The position numbers and the translations under genes are program-made. Shown here piece by piece: positions 8,935-18,518 of a stretch of 64,000 nt of DNA. Positions within the stretch are counted from its first letter, which is position 1; each line of letters starts with the position of its first letter. The DNA is taken from positions 1 through 64,000 of the IMG/VR virus record IMGVR_UViG_3300033066_002431. One strand, given 5' to 3'. The notes beneath the pieces were generated by a model. It ran no database searches. It saw nothing but the letters and a program-made list of their open reading frames with translations, and was not told where the DNA came from. The DNA is from a virus. Taxonomy: Duplodnaviria; Caudoviricetes.

Positions 8935-8968
8935 TCGCACGCGGCCCCTCGCTGGTTACTTCACCAGC
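8935..8968 (+). promoter_or_regulatory. Class-A leaderless promoter (weaker match)
   Basis: TCGCAC-N16-TACTTC-N6-ATG. Confidence 0.5.
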
Positions 8969-9295
8969 ATGCCGAACCCCCTCTTCCTCACCACCATCGA
9001 AGCCGCTCGTTCCGGGTACACGTGGAGCGAGATCCTCCGCGCGTACGTGAAGTTCCTCCCGCGCTCCCCCGACCATGGCGGCGGGTACGACGTGGAAGTG
9101 ACCAAGACGCCTCGCACGCACCCCCTGTTCCAGAACCAACACCGTGCGGTGCCGCTCGACACGCCCATGCTCGACCGCGCCATCATGGCCTGCGACCTCG
9201 CCAGCCTCCCCGTGGGCGCGGAAGCACGCTGGGTCCTCACCGCCGACGGGACGCACGTGGAAGGCGCCTTCGAGCGCCGCATGGTGGGCCTGTAG
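8969..9295 (+). CDS. Hypothetical protein
   Basis: Leaderless-type start; fills the gap. Confidence 0.65.
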   Translation: MPNPLFLTTIEAARSGYTWSEILRAYVKFLPRSPDHGGGYDVEVTKTPRTHPLFQNQHRAVPLDTPMLDRAIMACDLASLPVGAEARWVLTADGTHVEGAFERRMVGL

Positions 9296-9326
9296 ACGCC
9301 GCCCCCCGCGTGCCTACCGTCTCGGC
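9293..9326 (+). promoter_or_regulatory. Class-A leaderless promoter
   Basis: TAGACG-N16-TACCGT-N6-ATG. Confidence 0.7.
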
Positions 9327-9527
9327 ATGCTCGATCCGCACCTCACCGACGAGATCCTGAAGCTCCGCATGAAGGCGACGAACGAGGGAGAGCCCCTCTG
9401 TCGTGACCTCGACTGCAAGCTCGCGGGCGGCTGGGCCCACGTCGGCCCCTGCGAGCCGTGCGGCTGCGGGCTCGGGCACGCCATCGCCGAATGTCCGGCC
9501 CCCACTGCCCCGAAGGAGACCCCGTGA
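9327..9527 (+). CDS. Small Cys/His-rich hypothetical protein
   Basis: ATG 6 nt after TACCGT; CRDLDC...HVGPCEPCGC..H...C. Confidence 0.65.
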   Translation: MLDPHLTDEILKLRMKATNEGEPLCRDLDCKLAGGWAHVGPCEPCGCGLGHAIAECPAPTAPKETP

Positions 9528-10756
9528 CGACCAAGAAGAAGCCGACGCCCATCGCCACCATTCACACCAAGAAGAGCTTCCTGGACGCCGTCACGCGGCT
9601 TCTCGGGTCGCGCCCTTCCTGCAACGCCTGCCGCTCGGACTACCCGTTCGATATCGCGTGGCTCGTGCTCGCCTCCGGTCACGTCTACCTCCGCGCGTCG
9701 CAGGGCGGCTTCACCGCGTCGGTGCGCATCTACGCGGCGACGACGGCCAACGATCGCGTGGACGAAGCGATCCCGATCGACGTCGGGCACCTGTTCGACA
9801 TCGCCGACGCCATGCCGGAGGGTGCCACCGTCACGAGGGAGAGCACCACCGGAGACGACTCCGGCTTCGCGAGCGTCCGCTTCACCGGCGACCGCGCCTC
9901 GCTCAACGTGCCGATGGCCTGCATCGACGTCGAGTGCGCGCCGGTGCTGCCCGAGATCACGACGCCGGTCGCGTTCCTCCCCGGCGCCATGCTTCAGGTG
10001 TTGAAGCGCGTCCGTCCGGCGATGGGGCCCGGCAAGAGCGACATCAAGAACGAGGCGACGCACGGGGCCCGCCTCGAGTTCAACGGCCGCATGATGCGCG
10101 CGGTCACCACCGACGGTCACCGGCTCCACATCGCCGAGCACGAGAGCACCGCAGCGTTCCCCGAGATGGCCCCGATGCTTCTCCCGCGCCCGTTCGTGGT
10201 CGCACTCTGCCAAGTGCTCGCCTCCCACCTCGACAAGGGCGCCCTGCCCCCTGTCTTCCACATGGAGTATGGACACGACTACGTAACCGCGAAGGTGAGT
10301 GACGACGTGCTTCGGTGCGATCGGAAGCTCGGCCTCGTCTTCCCACTCTACGACTTTTACGGCGCGCTCCCCGGCGATCGTCCTGTTGCTCGGGTGCGCT
10401 CTGACGAGCTGACGGAGTACCTCGCCCGCGTGATGGCGCTCCGGGTGAATCCGTACGTGGCGCTCACCCTCTCGGCGGACCGGCTCACGTGCCGCACGGA
10501 GGTGACCACGGGGGGCGTGAACGACTGCTTCGGCCTGACGCTGGATGACCGCTTCCGCGTCGACTACGAGGGCGACACCCGGTACACGAAGGTCCACGCG
10601 GAGTACCTGCGCGAGGCCCTCGCGGCGTGCGGGGCGCGCGCGGTGCTCTCTTTCAGTACCGAGCGCGCGGACCCCATCACGCTCGACGGCGACGGCTGCA
10701 AGGTGATCCTGATGCCGCGCAAGTTCGAGCCGACCGATCCCGAGTTCGGACCCTGA
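9524..10756 (+). CDS. dnaN: DNA polymerase III beta subunit (sliding clamp) homologue
   Basis: AVTTDGHRL, FPLY, AEYLREAL and C-terminal VILMPR are typical beta-clamp motifs; GTG start overlaps upstream TGA, with GGAG SD. Confidence 0.85.
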   Translation: MTTKKKPTPIATIHTKKSFLDAVTRLLGSRPSCNACRSDYPFDIAWLVLASGHVYLRASQGGFTASVRIYAATTANDRVDEAIPIDVGHLFDIADAMPEGATVTRESTTGDDSGFASVRFTGDRASLNVPMACIDVECAPVLPEITTPVAFLPGAMLQVLKRVRPAMGPGKSDIKNEATHGARLEFNGRMMRAVTTDGHRLHIAEHESTAAFPEMAPMLLPRPFVVALCQVLASHLDKGALPPVFHMEYGHDYVTAKVSDDVLRCDRKLGLVFPLYDFYGALPGDRPVARVRSDELTEYLARVMALRVNPYVALTLSADRLTCRTEVTTGGVNDCFGLTLDDRFRVDYEGDTRYTKVHAEYLREALAACGARAVLSFSTERADPITLDGDGCKVILMPRKFEPTDPEFGP

Positions 10757-10786
10757 CGACCGCGCGTCCGGTCTTACCGTCCGGAC
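10753..10786 (+). promoter_or_regulatory. Class-A leaderless promoter
   Basis: CTGACG-N16-TACCGT-N6-ATG. Confidence 0.7.
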
Positions 10787-11605
10787 ATGAAGTGGCTCAT
10801 CACTGCCCACGCGATCGATCGGCTCATGGGCCGCGTCGACCGCACCATCACCACCAAGCAAGCGGAGGACGTTCTCCACGGACAGCTCGCCGTCGCGCAG
10901 AAGCTCGACAAGCTCACGCGCCACGGACAGGGCTACTGGCATATCCAAGCCTTCGGAAAGCCCGTGCTCGTCATCGGGAAGCACGACGCGGCCATCCGCC
11001 GCATGGTCGCCGTGTCCGTCCTCCGCGTCGATGAAGAGGACGACGGCGAGGACGCCACCGATGAGGTGCTCGCCGCCTACCAGCGCGCGCAGAAGGCCGG
11101 CGCCATCGTCCCCTTCGTGGGGCTGTCCAACGGCGACATGAAGGCCGGCGCCAAGGTCGACGAGCTACAGCGGCGGATCGCTGCCCTCGAAGCCCACGTC
11201 GCCGTGCTGCAACTGGAGACGGCCCGCGCGGAGGAAGAGCGCGAGCGGGTCGCTCTCGAACGGAAGTTCCTCGAGAAGCAGAACGCCGCGGCGATGCGCG
11301 CTGCCGGGGAGCCAATAGCGACGGGGGAGAGCCGCCGGCTCACGCGGACCATCGCCCACGCCGACAAGATGTCTCGCGAGCGGGATGACCAGCGCGCCCT
11401 TCTTCGCGTCGCTGTTCGGGCGCTGCACGAGATCGCCGCTGCGGACGGCAACATGCTCGCCGAGGACGCGCTGGTAGCGATCCATCAGAAGTCTCCGGTG
11501 TTCGTCTCGCTGCCCTTCCTCTACCCCGACCGCTTCACTCGCGAGGAGCGTCAGGCGGCGGGACGGCTTGCTGCGGAGGGCGAAGCCCTTACGGTGCCGG
11601 CATGA
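10787..11605 (+). CDS. Hypothetical protein: N-terminal ITxHAxxR domain plus coiled coil
   Basis: MKWLITAHAIDRL; leaderless start after TACCGT. Confidence 0.7.
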   Translation: MKWLITAHAIDRLMGRVDRTITTKQAEDVLHGQLAVAQKLDKLTRHGQGYWHIQAFGKPVLVIGKHDAAIRRMVAVSVLRVDEEDDGEDATDEVLAAYQRAQKAGAIVPFVGLSNGDMKAGAKVDELQRRIAALEAHVAVLQLETARAEEERERVALERKFLEKQNAAAMRAAGEPIATGESRRLTRTIAHADKMSRERDDQRALLRVAVRALHEIAAADGNMLAEDALVAIHQKSPVFVSLPFLYPDRFTREERQAAGRLAAEGEALTVPA

Positions 11606-11645
11606 ACCTCCGCGCCTGCGGACATCTCAACCGAACGAGGACACC

Positions 11646-12047
11646 ATGAACGATCCGGTCCTGACCTTGCCCATGGGTACCGCCACGAAGGTCGTGAGCG
11701 CCCGCCATCCCAAGCCGACCGCGGCCGAGCTCTACGCGAGCGTCCGGCGCGCCTCGAAGCTCCGCGCCATCAACACCCTGCGCCAGATCGACGCCGGCCA
11801 GAAGATGCGGCTGCGGGTCATCACCGAGCGGGATGCCGCGTTCTCCTTCCTGGCGAAGAACTTCTACGGGCTCGGCGGCACGACCACCGAGGAAAACATC
11901 AAGTACGCGCAAGACGTCGTCGGTCAGTCGATCACGAAGCTGAAGCGCCTTCCCAGCGGCGACCGCCGGACCCGCAGGTACGTCGCTCGTGAGGTGGCCC
12001 GCGCGCAGCGTCGGCTCACCAAGACCGAGTTCCGCGTCGCCACGTAG
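11646..12047 (+). CDS. Basic hypothetical protein
   Basis: GAGG SD, ATG at 11646; Arg/Lys-rich. Confidence 0.65.
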   Translation: MNDPVLTLPMGTATKVVSARHPKPTAAELYASVRRASKLRAINTLRQIDAGQKMRLRVITERDAAFSFLAKNFYGLGGTTTEENIKYAQDVVGQSITKLKRLPSGDRRTRRYVAREVARAQRRLTKTEFRVAT

Positions 12048-12078
12048 ACCGGCTCCCCGCCGTGTCTATCGTCGGGAC
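12045..12078 (+). promoter_or_regulatory. Class-A leaderless promoter
   Basis: TAGACC-N16-TATCGT-N6-ATG. Confidence 0.7.
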
Positions 12079-13284
12079 ATGACCGACGACGATCTCCCCA
12101 CCGTTCCTCCCCACATCATCGAACAGTTGAAGACGATCGTCTCGGCGGTGACCGATGTCCCGACCGAGCGCGTCGCCATCGTCGTCGTCTTTGGCATCAA
12201 GAGCGACGCGTCCGTGGAGCTGTACGCCGATGGGTCGTTCCGGTGCCGTGGTTGCGACTCGATCGACGCTCCGATCCACACCGAGAAGTGTCCGGTGCCG
12301 AGGTGGGCGCAGGAGGCCGGCTGGACGGCGGCTCACGCTTTCAAGAGATGGGGCATGTCGGCGGCGAAGCGCGCGGGGGCGATGGTGATCCAAGAGAAGG
12401 CCCCCTCGTTCTCGTTCGCAGGGGCGATGTACGACGCCAACAGCCATCAAAAGATGGCCGATTGGATGGCTCGCCAGATGTCGACCGCGGTGTTGGGCGA
12501 CTCAGCGCTCAACTACAAGCGGGAGTACATGGGCACCTTCGAGAGCCTGCCTCTCCGACGAACATGCGCGGTCTGCGACGAGAACATCGGTGATGTCCGT
12601 GATCTCGCGAGCGTCCTCGCCGCGGACCAGAACGACCTCGACACCCGCGTTCGCTTCGAGGTCCACATGTCGTGCGGCGAGAAGCTCAACGGCGTGCGCA
12701 TCGCAGCGAAGCGCGGTCGCCTCAGGTACGATCAGTGCGCCAACTGCCGGAGGCCGAGCGCGGTCTCTCCCTGTCGTGGATGCACGATGAACGGCGTCCA
12801 CCCGAGCTATGACGCGGCGGCGAACAAGAACAAGTTCGCCGAGCTTCACGACTTGCTCAAGAGCGGGAAGGTCGTGCTCCGCGACGACTTCGTTGCCGAT
12901 CTCGGCATGCCTTTGCCGAAGACCGTGCCGGTCCACAACGTGTCGCCCCCGTACAACGTGTGGAAGGACGCCATTCCCAAGCAGGCCACCACGCTCCCTG
13001 CGGCCATCGCACAGGCCATCACGAACGCCCCTCCGGCGGTCGACGTTACCCGCTGGACGCGTGTGGTCAACGTGCTCGCCGCCGACATCGTGGAGGACAA
13101 GAGCCCCCCGCAGCGCATCCCCATGACGCTCGCCGCCGTCACCGAGGCGATCGTCGCGTACGCCACGCTCCGCTTCGTCCACAGGTACGACGCCAAGGAG
13201 GCGGCACGCCGCGCGACCGAGAAGGGGAACAGCTTCCCCCCGAAGAAGCTCGAACGGTTCTTCGCCGCCTACGAGGTTGGGTGA
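12079..13284 (+). CDS. Hypothetical protein with several CxxC Zn-binding motifs
   Basis: CRGC...H...C, CAVC...H..C, CANC...CRGC; leaderless start after TATCGT. Confidence 0.75.
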   Translation: MTDDDLPTVPPHIIEQLKTIVSAVTDVPTERVAIVVVFGIKSDASVELYADGSFRCRGCDSIDAPIHTEKCPVPRWAQEAGWTAAHAFKRWGMSAAKRAGAMVIQEKAPSFSFAGAMYDANSHQKMADWMARQMSTAVLGDSALNYKREYMGTFESLPLRRTCAVCDENIGDVRDLASVLAADQNDLDTRVRFEVHMSCGEKLNGVRIAAKRGRLRYDQCANCRRPSAVSPCRGCTMNGVHPSYDAAANKNKFAELHDLLKSGKVVLRDDFVADLGMPLPKTVPVHNVSPPYNVWKDAIPKQATTLPAAIAQAITNAPPAVDVTRWTRVVNVLAADIVEDKSPPQRIPMTLAAVTEAIVAYATLRFVHRYDAKEAARRATEKGNSFPPKKLERFFAAYEVG

Positions 13285-13329
13285 CGCTCGTCGCCTGGTA
13301 ACCGTCCCTCCTCGCCGCACCTTGGGGGC

Positions 13330-13581
13330 ATGCAGAAGCCCCCTCCCAACACCCTCACCTACTACCGTTCGCCCGCCTTCGAGGACTACGTCCGCGCGGC
13401 TCGCCCGCGTGCGGCATGGCTCTTGGAACGCCTCGATTGGTGCGGCGACCTTGGTCTCCTCAACCTCGAAGCACTCTCGACGGACGTCACGAAGTATCCA
13501 GGGGCTTATCCCACGGGGGCGCACGCCGAGATCATCTGGCTCACCAGTGAGTTCTCATGGGTGATCTGGCTTCGCCGATGA
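13330..13581 (+). CDS. Hypothetical protein
   Basis: ORF fills the gap; weak class-A promoter upstream. Confidence 0.55.
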   Translation: MQKPPPNTLTYYRSPAFEDYVRAARPRAAWLLERLDWCGDLGLLNLEALSTDVTKYPGAYPTGAHAEIIWLTSEFSWVIWLRR

Positions 13582-13591
13582 GCGCCTCGCG

Positions 13592-13716
13592 TATCTGAAC
13601 GGATAAGCGACAGTAGACGCGCGCCGCATAGTCAACTGGCAAATATGCGAAAAAGCTAGCAATTCCGACAACATGCGGCGCACAGGCGACAGCGATACGC
13701 TTTATCCGTTGAGATA
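13592..13716. repeat. Nested imperfect inverted repeats upstream of TerL
   Basis: tatctgaacggataagcg (13592-13609) pairs with cgctttatccgttgagata (13698-13716); gcgccgcat (13621-13629) pairs with atgcggcgc (13673-13681). Confidence 0.75.
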
Positions 13717-13754
13717 GGCAGGTGAGACCGGCATCTTAGGTACGCTCCCGCTGG

Positions 13755-15536
13755 TTGAGCCGACCGCTCCCCGCGTTGCACCTGATGACTGCCAACCCGG
13801 CCCTCGCCGCGATCTCAGATCGTTTCGCCGCTCGGCGTACGGAGCGTCTTCGCAATCGCGACATGCAGCAAGAGGTGCAGACCATCTCCGCGGGCGCGTT
13901 CACGATGGAGCGCCTGATCTGCGATCCGCAGTTCGGCGACTTCCGGCAAATCTCCCCCGTGCAGCGCGCCATCGTGCGCGCCGCGGACGGCCTCCCGGTC
14001 GACCTCTCTCGCTGCGTCTCGGGCACGCACGAAGAGCGGATGAAGTTCCACTTCGGGTGTGCGGCGCTCCCGAACATCCGGCCTCGGATGATGGTCCTCG
14101 AGACCGGCGTCCGTGCGGGCAAGACGATGCTTGCTGCGGGGGGCATCGTTCGAAGCTCGCTCACCTGTCGCTTCCGCCGTCGCCCAGAAGGTGACGAGAT
14201 CGCCGACGCAGACGGGCTCATCGGCGTGCGCCGCGGCGAGGTGGTGCGTACTCCCATCGTCGGCCCGACGCTCGACCACTGCCGCAAGGCGTTCAGCGAC
14301 GTCACGAACCTGATGATGCGCTCGCCGGTCCTCTCGGCGATGGTGCTGAAGCCGCTGATCAACAGCCTCTTGTTCCGGCGCCCCGACGGCTACGAGGTGC
14401 TGATCGAGAACGTCAGCACGGCGGCGGGCGGCGCGAACCTTCGCTCCACCTGGCTGGCCGGCGCCTTCTTCGATGAGGCCGACTTCCACGGTGCCGAAGA
14501 CGCGGCCGAGAACCTCGAAGAACAGCTACAGGCGGTCCGGACCCGCATGCTCTCCGACGCCCAGATTTGGGTCGCGTCGTCGCCGTGGTCGGACAGTAGC
14601 CCCTTCCACACACTGCACTCGAAGGCGTTCGGCTTCCCCTCCGCGGACGTGCTCGCCTTCCACAGCGATTCGCGCAGCATGAACCCGAGCTTGGACCGCC
14701 AGCTCGAAGCGGCCGAGCGCGAGAAGAATCCGACGAACGCCGCGCGCGAGTGGGACGCGATCCCGCTGCCCTCTGGCTCCTCTCGGTTCTTCCCCGAGGA
14801 CTGCATCCTCAAGTGCGTCAACGCGAACCGGCCGGTCATCCTCCCGCCGACCGCAGCACGTCACTACGCGGGCGCGGACTGGGGCTTCGAGAAGAACAGC
14901 AGCGCGCTCGGCATCGCACGGAATGAGTGGTGCGAGGGCACCCCTGCGCCGGCGGGATACAAGGCGCGCCTTGCGTATCACGAGGAGCTTCTCCCCACGC
15001 GCGAAGAGTCGCTCCGCCCGAAGGTGGTCGTGCGCCAGTTCGCCACGATGGGGATGGCGTACGGGGTGAAGACCATCCGGGGCGACCACTACCTCGAAGG
15101 CATCCGCCTCACCGAGTTGAACGACTTCCGCGCCACCTTCCCCGACAGCCACGACAAGGGCCGCGTCCCTGGTCAAGAGGGCTGGGATCCGAACCGTGAC
15201 GCGCAGACCGAGCTTTTTACCGAGCTTCGCCGTCGCATGCAGGATGGGCTCGTCGACCTCCCGAACGACATGCGGCTCCTGACGCAGCTTCGCGGGGTGA
15301 CGAGCAAGCCTGTCCCGGGCGGCAGCGTGAAGATCGTCCTCCCGAACCAGGGCACCGCGCACGGGGACCTGATCATCGCCGTGGCCCTCGCGCTCGTCGC
15401 GGTGCCGCCTCTCGAGAGACCGGCACCCGAGCGTCGGCCAGCCCGTCGCGCGCCCGCGGCGAACCCCTACGGGGACTTCTGCGCAGACGACCGGGGCGGC
15501 ACAGACGACCACGATAACTTCTTCCGGGGTGCATGA
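13755..15536 (+). CDS. terL: Terminase large subunit
   Basis: Walker A ETGVRAGKT, Walker B AFFDEAD, VASSP coupling motif, RuvC-like GADWG, GDHY and HGDLIIA; start is TTG 13755 or ATG 13785. Confidence 0.9.
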   Translation: MSRPLPALHLMTANPALAAISDRFAARRTERLRNRDMQQEVQTISAGAFTMERLICDPQFGDFRQISPVQRAIVRAADGLPVDLSRCVSGTHEERMKFHFGCAALPNIRPRMMVLETGVRAGKTMLAAGGIVRSSLTCRFRRRPEGDEIADADGLIGVRRGEVVRTPIVGPTLDHCRKAFSDVTNLMMRSPVLSAMVLKPLINSLLFRRPDGYEVLIENVSTAAGGANLRSTWLAGAFFDEADFHGAEDAAENLEEQLQAVRTRMLSDAQIWVASSPWSDSSPFHTLHSKAFGFPSADVLAFHSDSRSMNPSLDRQLEAAEREKNPTNAAREWDAIPLPSGSSRFFPEDCILKCVNANRPVILPPTAARHYAGADWGFEKNSSALGIARNEWCEGTPAPAGYKARLAYHEELLPTREESLRPKVVVRQFATMGMAYGVKTIRGDHYLEGIRLTELNDFRATFPDSHDKGRVPGQEGWDPNRDAQTELFTELRRRMQDGLVDLPNDMRLLTQLRGVTSKPVPGGSVKIVLPNQGTAHGDLIIAVALALVAVPPLERPAPERRPARRAPAANPYGDFCADDRGGTDDHDNFFRGA

Positions 15537-17536
15537 TGGCCAGCAACATCCGAATCCCCACCCTGCGCGAGCTTGTGACGCTCGGCTCCGAAGCGTGGGA
15601 AGCGGTGCGCGAGGCCTTCGTCACCATCAAGACGGAGATCGAGGCGCTCCAGGACGCGGGCGGTGGCGGCGGTGGCGCGGTCATCTACGGCTCGTCGGAC
15701 CTTCTCCCCGCGGAGCCAACGGACGGCTTGCAGGCCTTCGTCACCACGCAGAAGGCGCTATACACGGCCATCAACGGCACGTGGCAGCGCACGGCGACGG
15801 ACACCGCGTGGGCCTCACAGGCGACGTGGTACCTCTCGAGTGAGGGCACCGCGGACGCCGCGGGCGGCGACAGCGGCCACCCCGTCACGTACTCCGAGAT
15901 GGTGGCACGCCTCGGGAGCACGCCTCTCGCCACGGGCGTCACCATCTACGTCCTCGACAGCCTCAACCTCGCCGACGCGACGTTCCTCGGGCAGAACGAT
16001 CCAGACGGGACGCACTGGCTCTACTTCGAGGGTGTGCCGAGCGTCGTCGCGACGGGCACCATCGCCACGTCGACCGACTGGGCACCGGCGACGAACACCG
16101 CCGCGGTGATCACGGGCTCCTCCTCGCTCGTGAGCCACGTCGGCAAGCTCGTGAGGATGACGAGCGGGACCAGCGCGGGCGCGCGCTTCTGGATCCTGAA
16201 GAACACCAGCGGCACCACCGTGCGGCTTTCACAGGTGATGGCAGGTCCGGACGCGCCCGAGACCACGACGCTCGCGCCGGGCGATGGCTACGAGGTGCTC
16301 TCCCTCCCCCACTTCGCCGACAAGGTGACGGTGACAGGCGGCCGAGACGTCGAGTTCGCGCTCCTCGGCATCGTCCCCACCGGCGAGGCGCACGGGCTCT
16401 ACGTCGCCGCCGGTTCGACCTCGCTCTTCGATGCCTGCTTGCTCGGCGGGCTCGACGTGGACAGCGGCGCCACGGTCACGATGTACGGCACGCGCGTCGT
16501 GAACGGCATGCGCTGCTACGGCAAGTCGAACGTCATCGCCTACGGCTGCGTCGGCAACCCGAACCCGCGCATCGACGGCACGATGCGGCTCTACGATCAC
16601 TGCGTCCAGGCGAACCAGATCGCCGTGGGGACGCAGGGCGCCGTCATTTGCGACGACGCGGCCCGCTTCATCGCCGCGTTCGACTGCCCCGGTGCGGGCG
16701 GCGTGGTGACGCTGGACGCGCGCTCGCTATTCCGCTGCGACGGCTACCTGATCGGCAGCGGCAACACGACGAGCCGAGCGCACATCCAGGTGTGCGATGG
16801 GGCGCTGTGCATGCTCGGGAATGCCCCTCTGCTCTCGGGCACGGGCCCCGAGCTCCAGGTGGGCGGCATCCTCGCCGGCACGGGCGGCCGGCTGCTCACG
16901 TACGCGGACATCCCGTGGACGCACCCGAGCGGCGCACGGATCTACCTCTCCGGAGCGGCCACCGAGCCGCGGCCCCGGCCGAACTACTTCGAGAGCTACC
17001 TCCCGACGTCCACCGAGCTTCTCGGAACGACGTCGAACACGACAAGCGTCCGCTCTCACACCCTCACGCTCGGTGGGGACCACGCGCGCACCATCGCGCT
17101 CGTGCTGTCCGATACCGCGGGCTCCTTCGCGGGCCCCTGGACGGTCACCGGAACACGTAACGGCACGGCGCAATCGGAGAGCGTCAATGTCTCTCCCGAT
17201 GGGGGCCAGACCGTGGAGACGGTCAAGACGTACGACCCTGGCACCGTCACCGTGTCGCGCCCCGCGCAGAACAACACCTTCGGGTCGTACACCATCAACG
17301 TCGGATCCGGATTCGGCCTCACGTTGAAGGCGTACGAGGGGGCGACCGGCGTGAGCTACGCGGGGCACGTGCTCTCCATCACGACGGTGGGTCCGCTTCA
17401 GGTGCCGATCACCGCGGTGGCGTCGATCACCGGGCCGACCGCATCGCCGCCGTACGGGAAGTTCCAGCTCGCCACGGGACAGCTCGACACCTTCACCGGC
17501 GATCCCTTCGAGGTCCTTTTCCTCGCCGTCGAGTGA
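15533..17536 (+). CDS. Virion fibre/spike-like protein with predicted right-handed beta-helix
   Basis: WYLSSEG.ADAAGGD..HP.T..E entry motif typical of pectin-lyase-like helices; Gly/Thr-rich beta repeats; C-terminal beta-sandwich shared with the 26686 ORF. Confidence 0.6.
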   Translation: MMASNIRIPTLRELVTLGSEAWEAVREAFVTIKTEIEALQDAGGGGGGAVIYGSSDLLPAEPTDGLQAFVTTQKALYTAINGTWQRTATDTAWASQATWYLSSEGTADAAGGDSGHPVTYSEMVARLGSTPLATGVTIYVLDSLNLADATFLGQNDPDGTHWLYFEGVPSVVATGTIATSTDWAPATNTAAVITGSSSLVSHVGKLVRMTSGTSAGARFWILKNTSGTTVRLSQVMAGPDAPETTTLAPGDGYEVLSLPHFADKVTVTGGRDVEFALLGIVPTGEAHGLYVAAGSTSLFDACLLGGLDVDSGATVTMYGTRVVNGMRCYGKSNVIAYGCVGNPNPRIDGTMRLYDHCVQANQIAVGTQGAVICDDAARFIAAFDCPGAGGVVTLDARSLFRCDGYLIGSGNTTSRAHIQVCDGALCMLGNAPLLSGTGPELQVGGILAGTGGRLLTYADIPWTHPSGARIYLSGAATEPRPRPNYFESYLPTSTELLGTTSNTTSVRSHTLTLGGDHARTIALVLSDTAGSFAGPWTVTGTRNGTAQSESVNVSPDGGQTVETVKTYDPGTVTVSRPAQNNTFGSYTINVGSGFGLTLKAYEGATGVSYAGHVLSITTVGPLQVPITAVASITGPTASPPYGKFQLATGQLDTFTGDPFEVLFLAVE

Positions 17537-17576
17537 CGGCTTCCTCACCACCTCTCTTCTTCCCCGGAGTCAGATC

Positions 17577-18518
17577 ATGCCCACTCAGTACGGTGACCTT
17601 CTCGCGCAGAAGATCGCGGCCATCATCCACATCCCCGTCGCGGCGGAGGCCAACATCGCCGACATCCCCGCGGACGACCGCGTGAATGGGCAGACGGTCA
17701 AGGCCATCTCGGAGGGCACGTCGTGGACGTACGTCGCGGCCAGTTCGGCGAGCGGCTCGGCGACGTGCATCGTCCCCACGGACGCGCCGAGCACGGGCCG
17801 CTGGCTGATCGATTTCTCGACCTTCGCCACGTCGGTGGCCGCGCTCGCCGCACAGGGCACTTACACCTGCCTCTCCGGCGATGCGGTCGGTGACTGGGTC
17901 TACATCTCGGCCGCGAGCGCCGTCGCCAAGGCGGACGCGGACGACGCGGCCAAGCTGCCCGTCATCGGCGTCATCGTGTCGAAGCCCACCACGACCTCGT
18001 GCGTCGTGCAGACGACCGGCCAGGTGACCCTCTCGGGCCTCACCGCGGGCGCCATCTACTACCTGTCGGGCACGGCCGGCGCGATCACCGCGACCCCCGT
18101 CACGGACAACGCGGTGCCGGTCGGCGTCGCCAAGAGCACCACCGTGCTCGTGCTGCTCAACAGCGCGTTCGGCGCGGGCGCCACCACGGTGCGCGGCAAC
18201 CTGAACGTCGGCGGCACGGGCACTCTGAAGGTGGCCGGCGCCACGACCCTGTCGAGCACGCTCGACGTCACCGGCGCCATCGTCGGTTCCAGCACGGGCC
18301 GGGTGACCGCGCTCGGCGTCGGCGTCGCGCCCCTGGCGACCGGCATCAAGAGCGCGGGCCCTGTCGTGATCCCGAGCTTCACCATCGCCACGCTGCCGAG
18401 CGCGAGCACGTACGCGCGGGGCCTCATTTGGATCTCGGACCAGAGCGGAGGGGCCACCTTCGCCATCTCCGACGGCACCAACTGGAAGATCCTCACGCTC
18501 GGCGCGACGGCCTCCTGA
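17577..18518 (+). CDS. Virion fibre/head-decoration-like protein
   Basis: IVPT...GRW motif, cement-like LPVIGVIV...GLTAGAIYYLS...G.A motif, C-terminal TIATLPSAS...GG...SDGTNWK motif seen in phage fibres. Confidence 0.6.
   Translation: MPTQYGDLLAQKIAAIIHIPVAAEANIADIPADDRVNGQTVKAISEGTSWTYVAASSASGSATCIVPTDAPSTGRWLIDFSTFATSVAALAAQGTYTCLSGDAVGDWVYISAASAVAKADADDAAKLPVIGVIVSKPTTTSCVVQTTGQVTLSGLTAGAIYYLSGTAGAITATPVTDNAVPVGVAKSTTVLVLLNSAFGAGATTVRGNLNVGGTGTLKVAGATTLSSTLDVTGAIVGSSTGRVTALGVGVAPLATGIKSAGPVVIPSFTIATLPSASTYARGLIWISDQSGGATFAISDGTNWKILTLGATAS

Noticed and set aside
12510-12545. YKREYMGTF resembles the TerL F.REY..EF motif
   Set aside because: An isolated short motif with no ATPase or nuclease motifs around it.
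13621-13650. Possible dif/Xer site in the inverted-repeat element
   Set aside because: No convincing XerD arm and wrong spacing relative to the canonical 28-bp dif.
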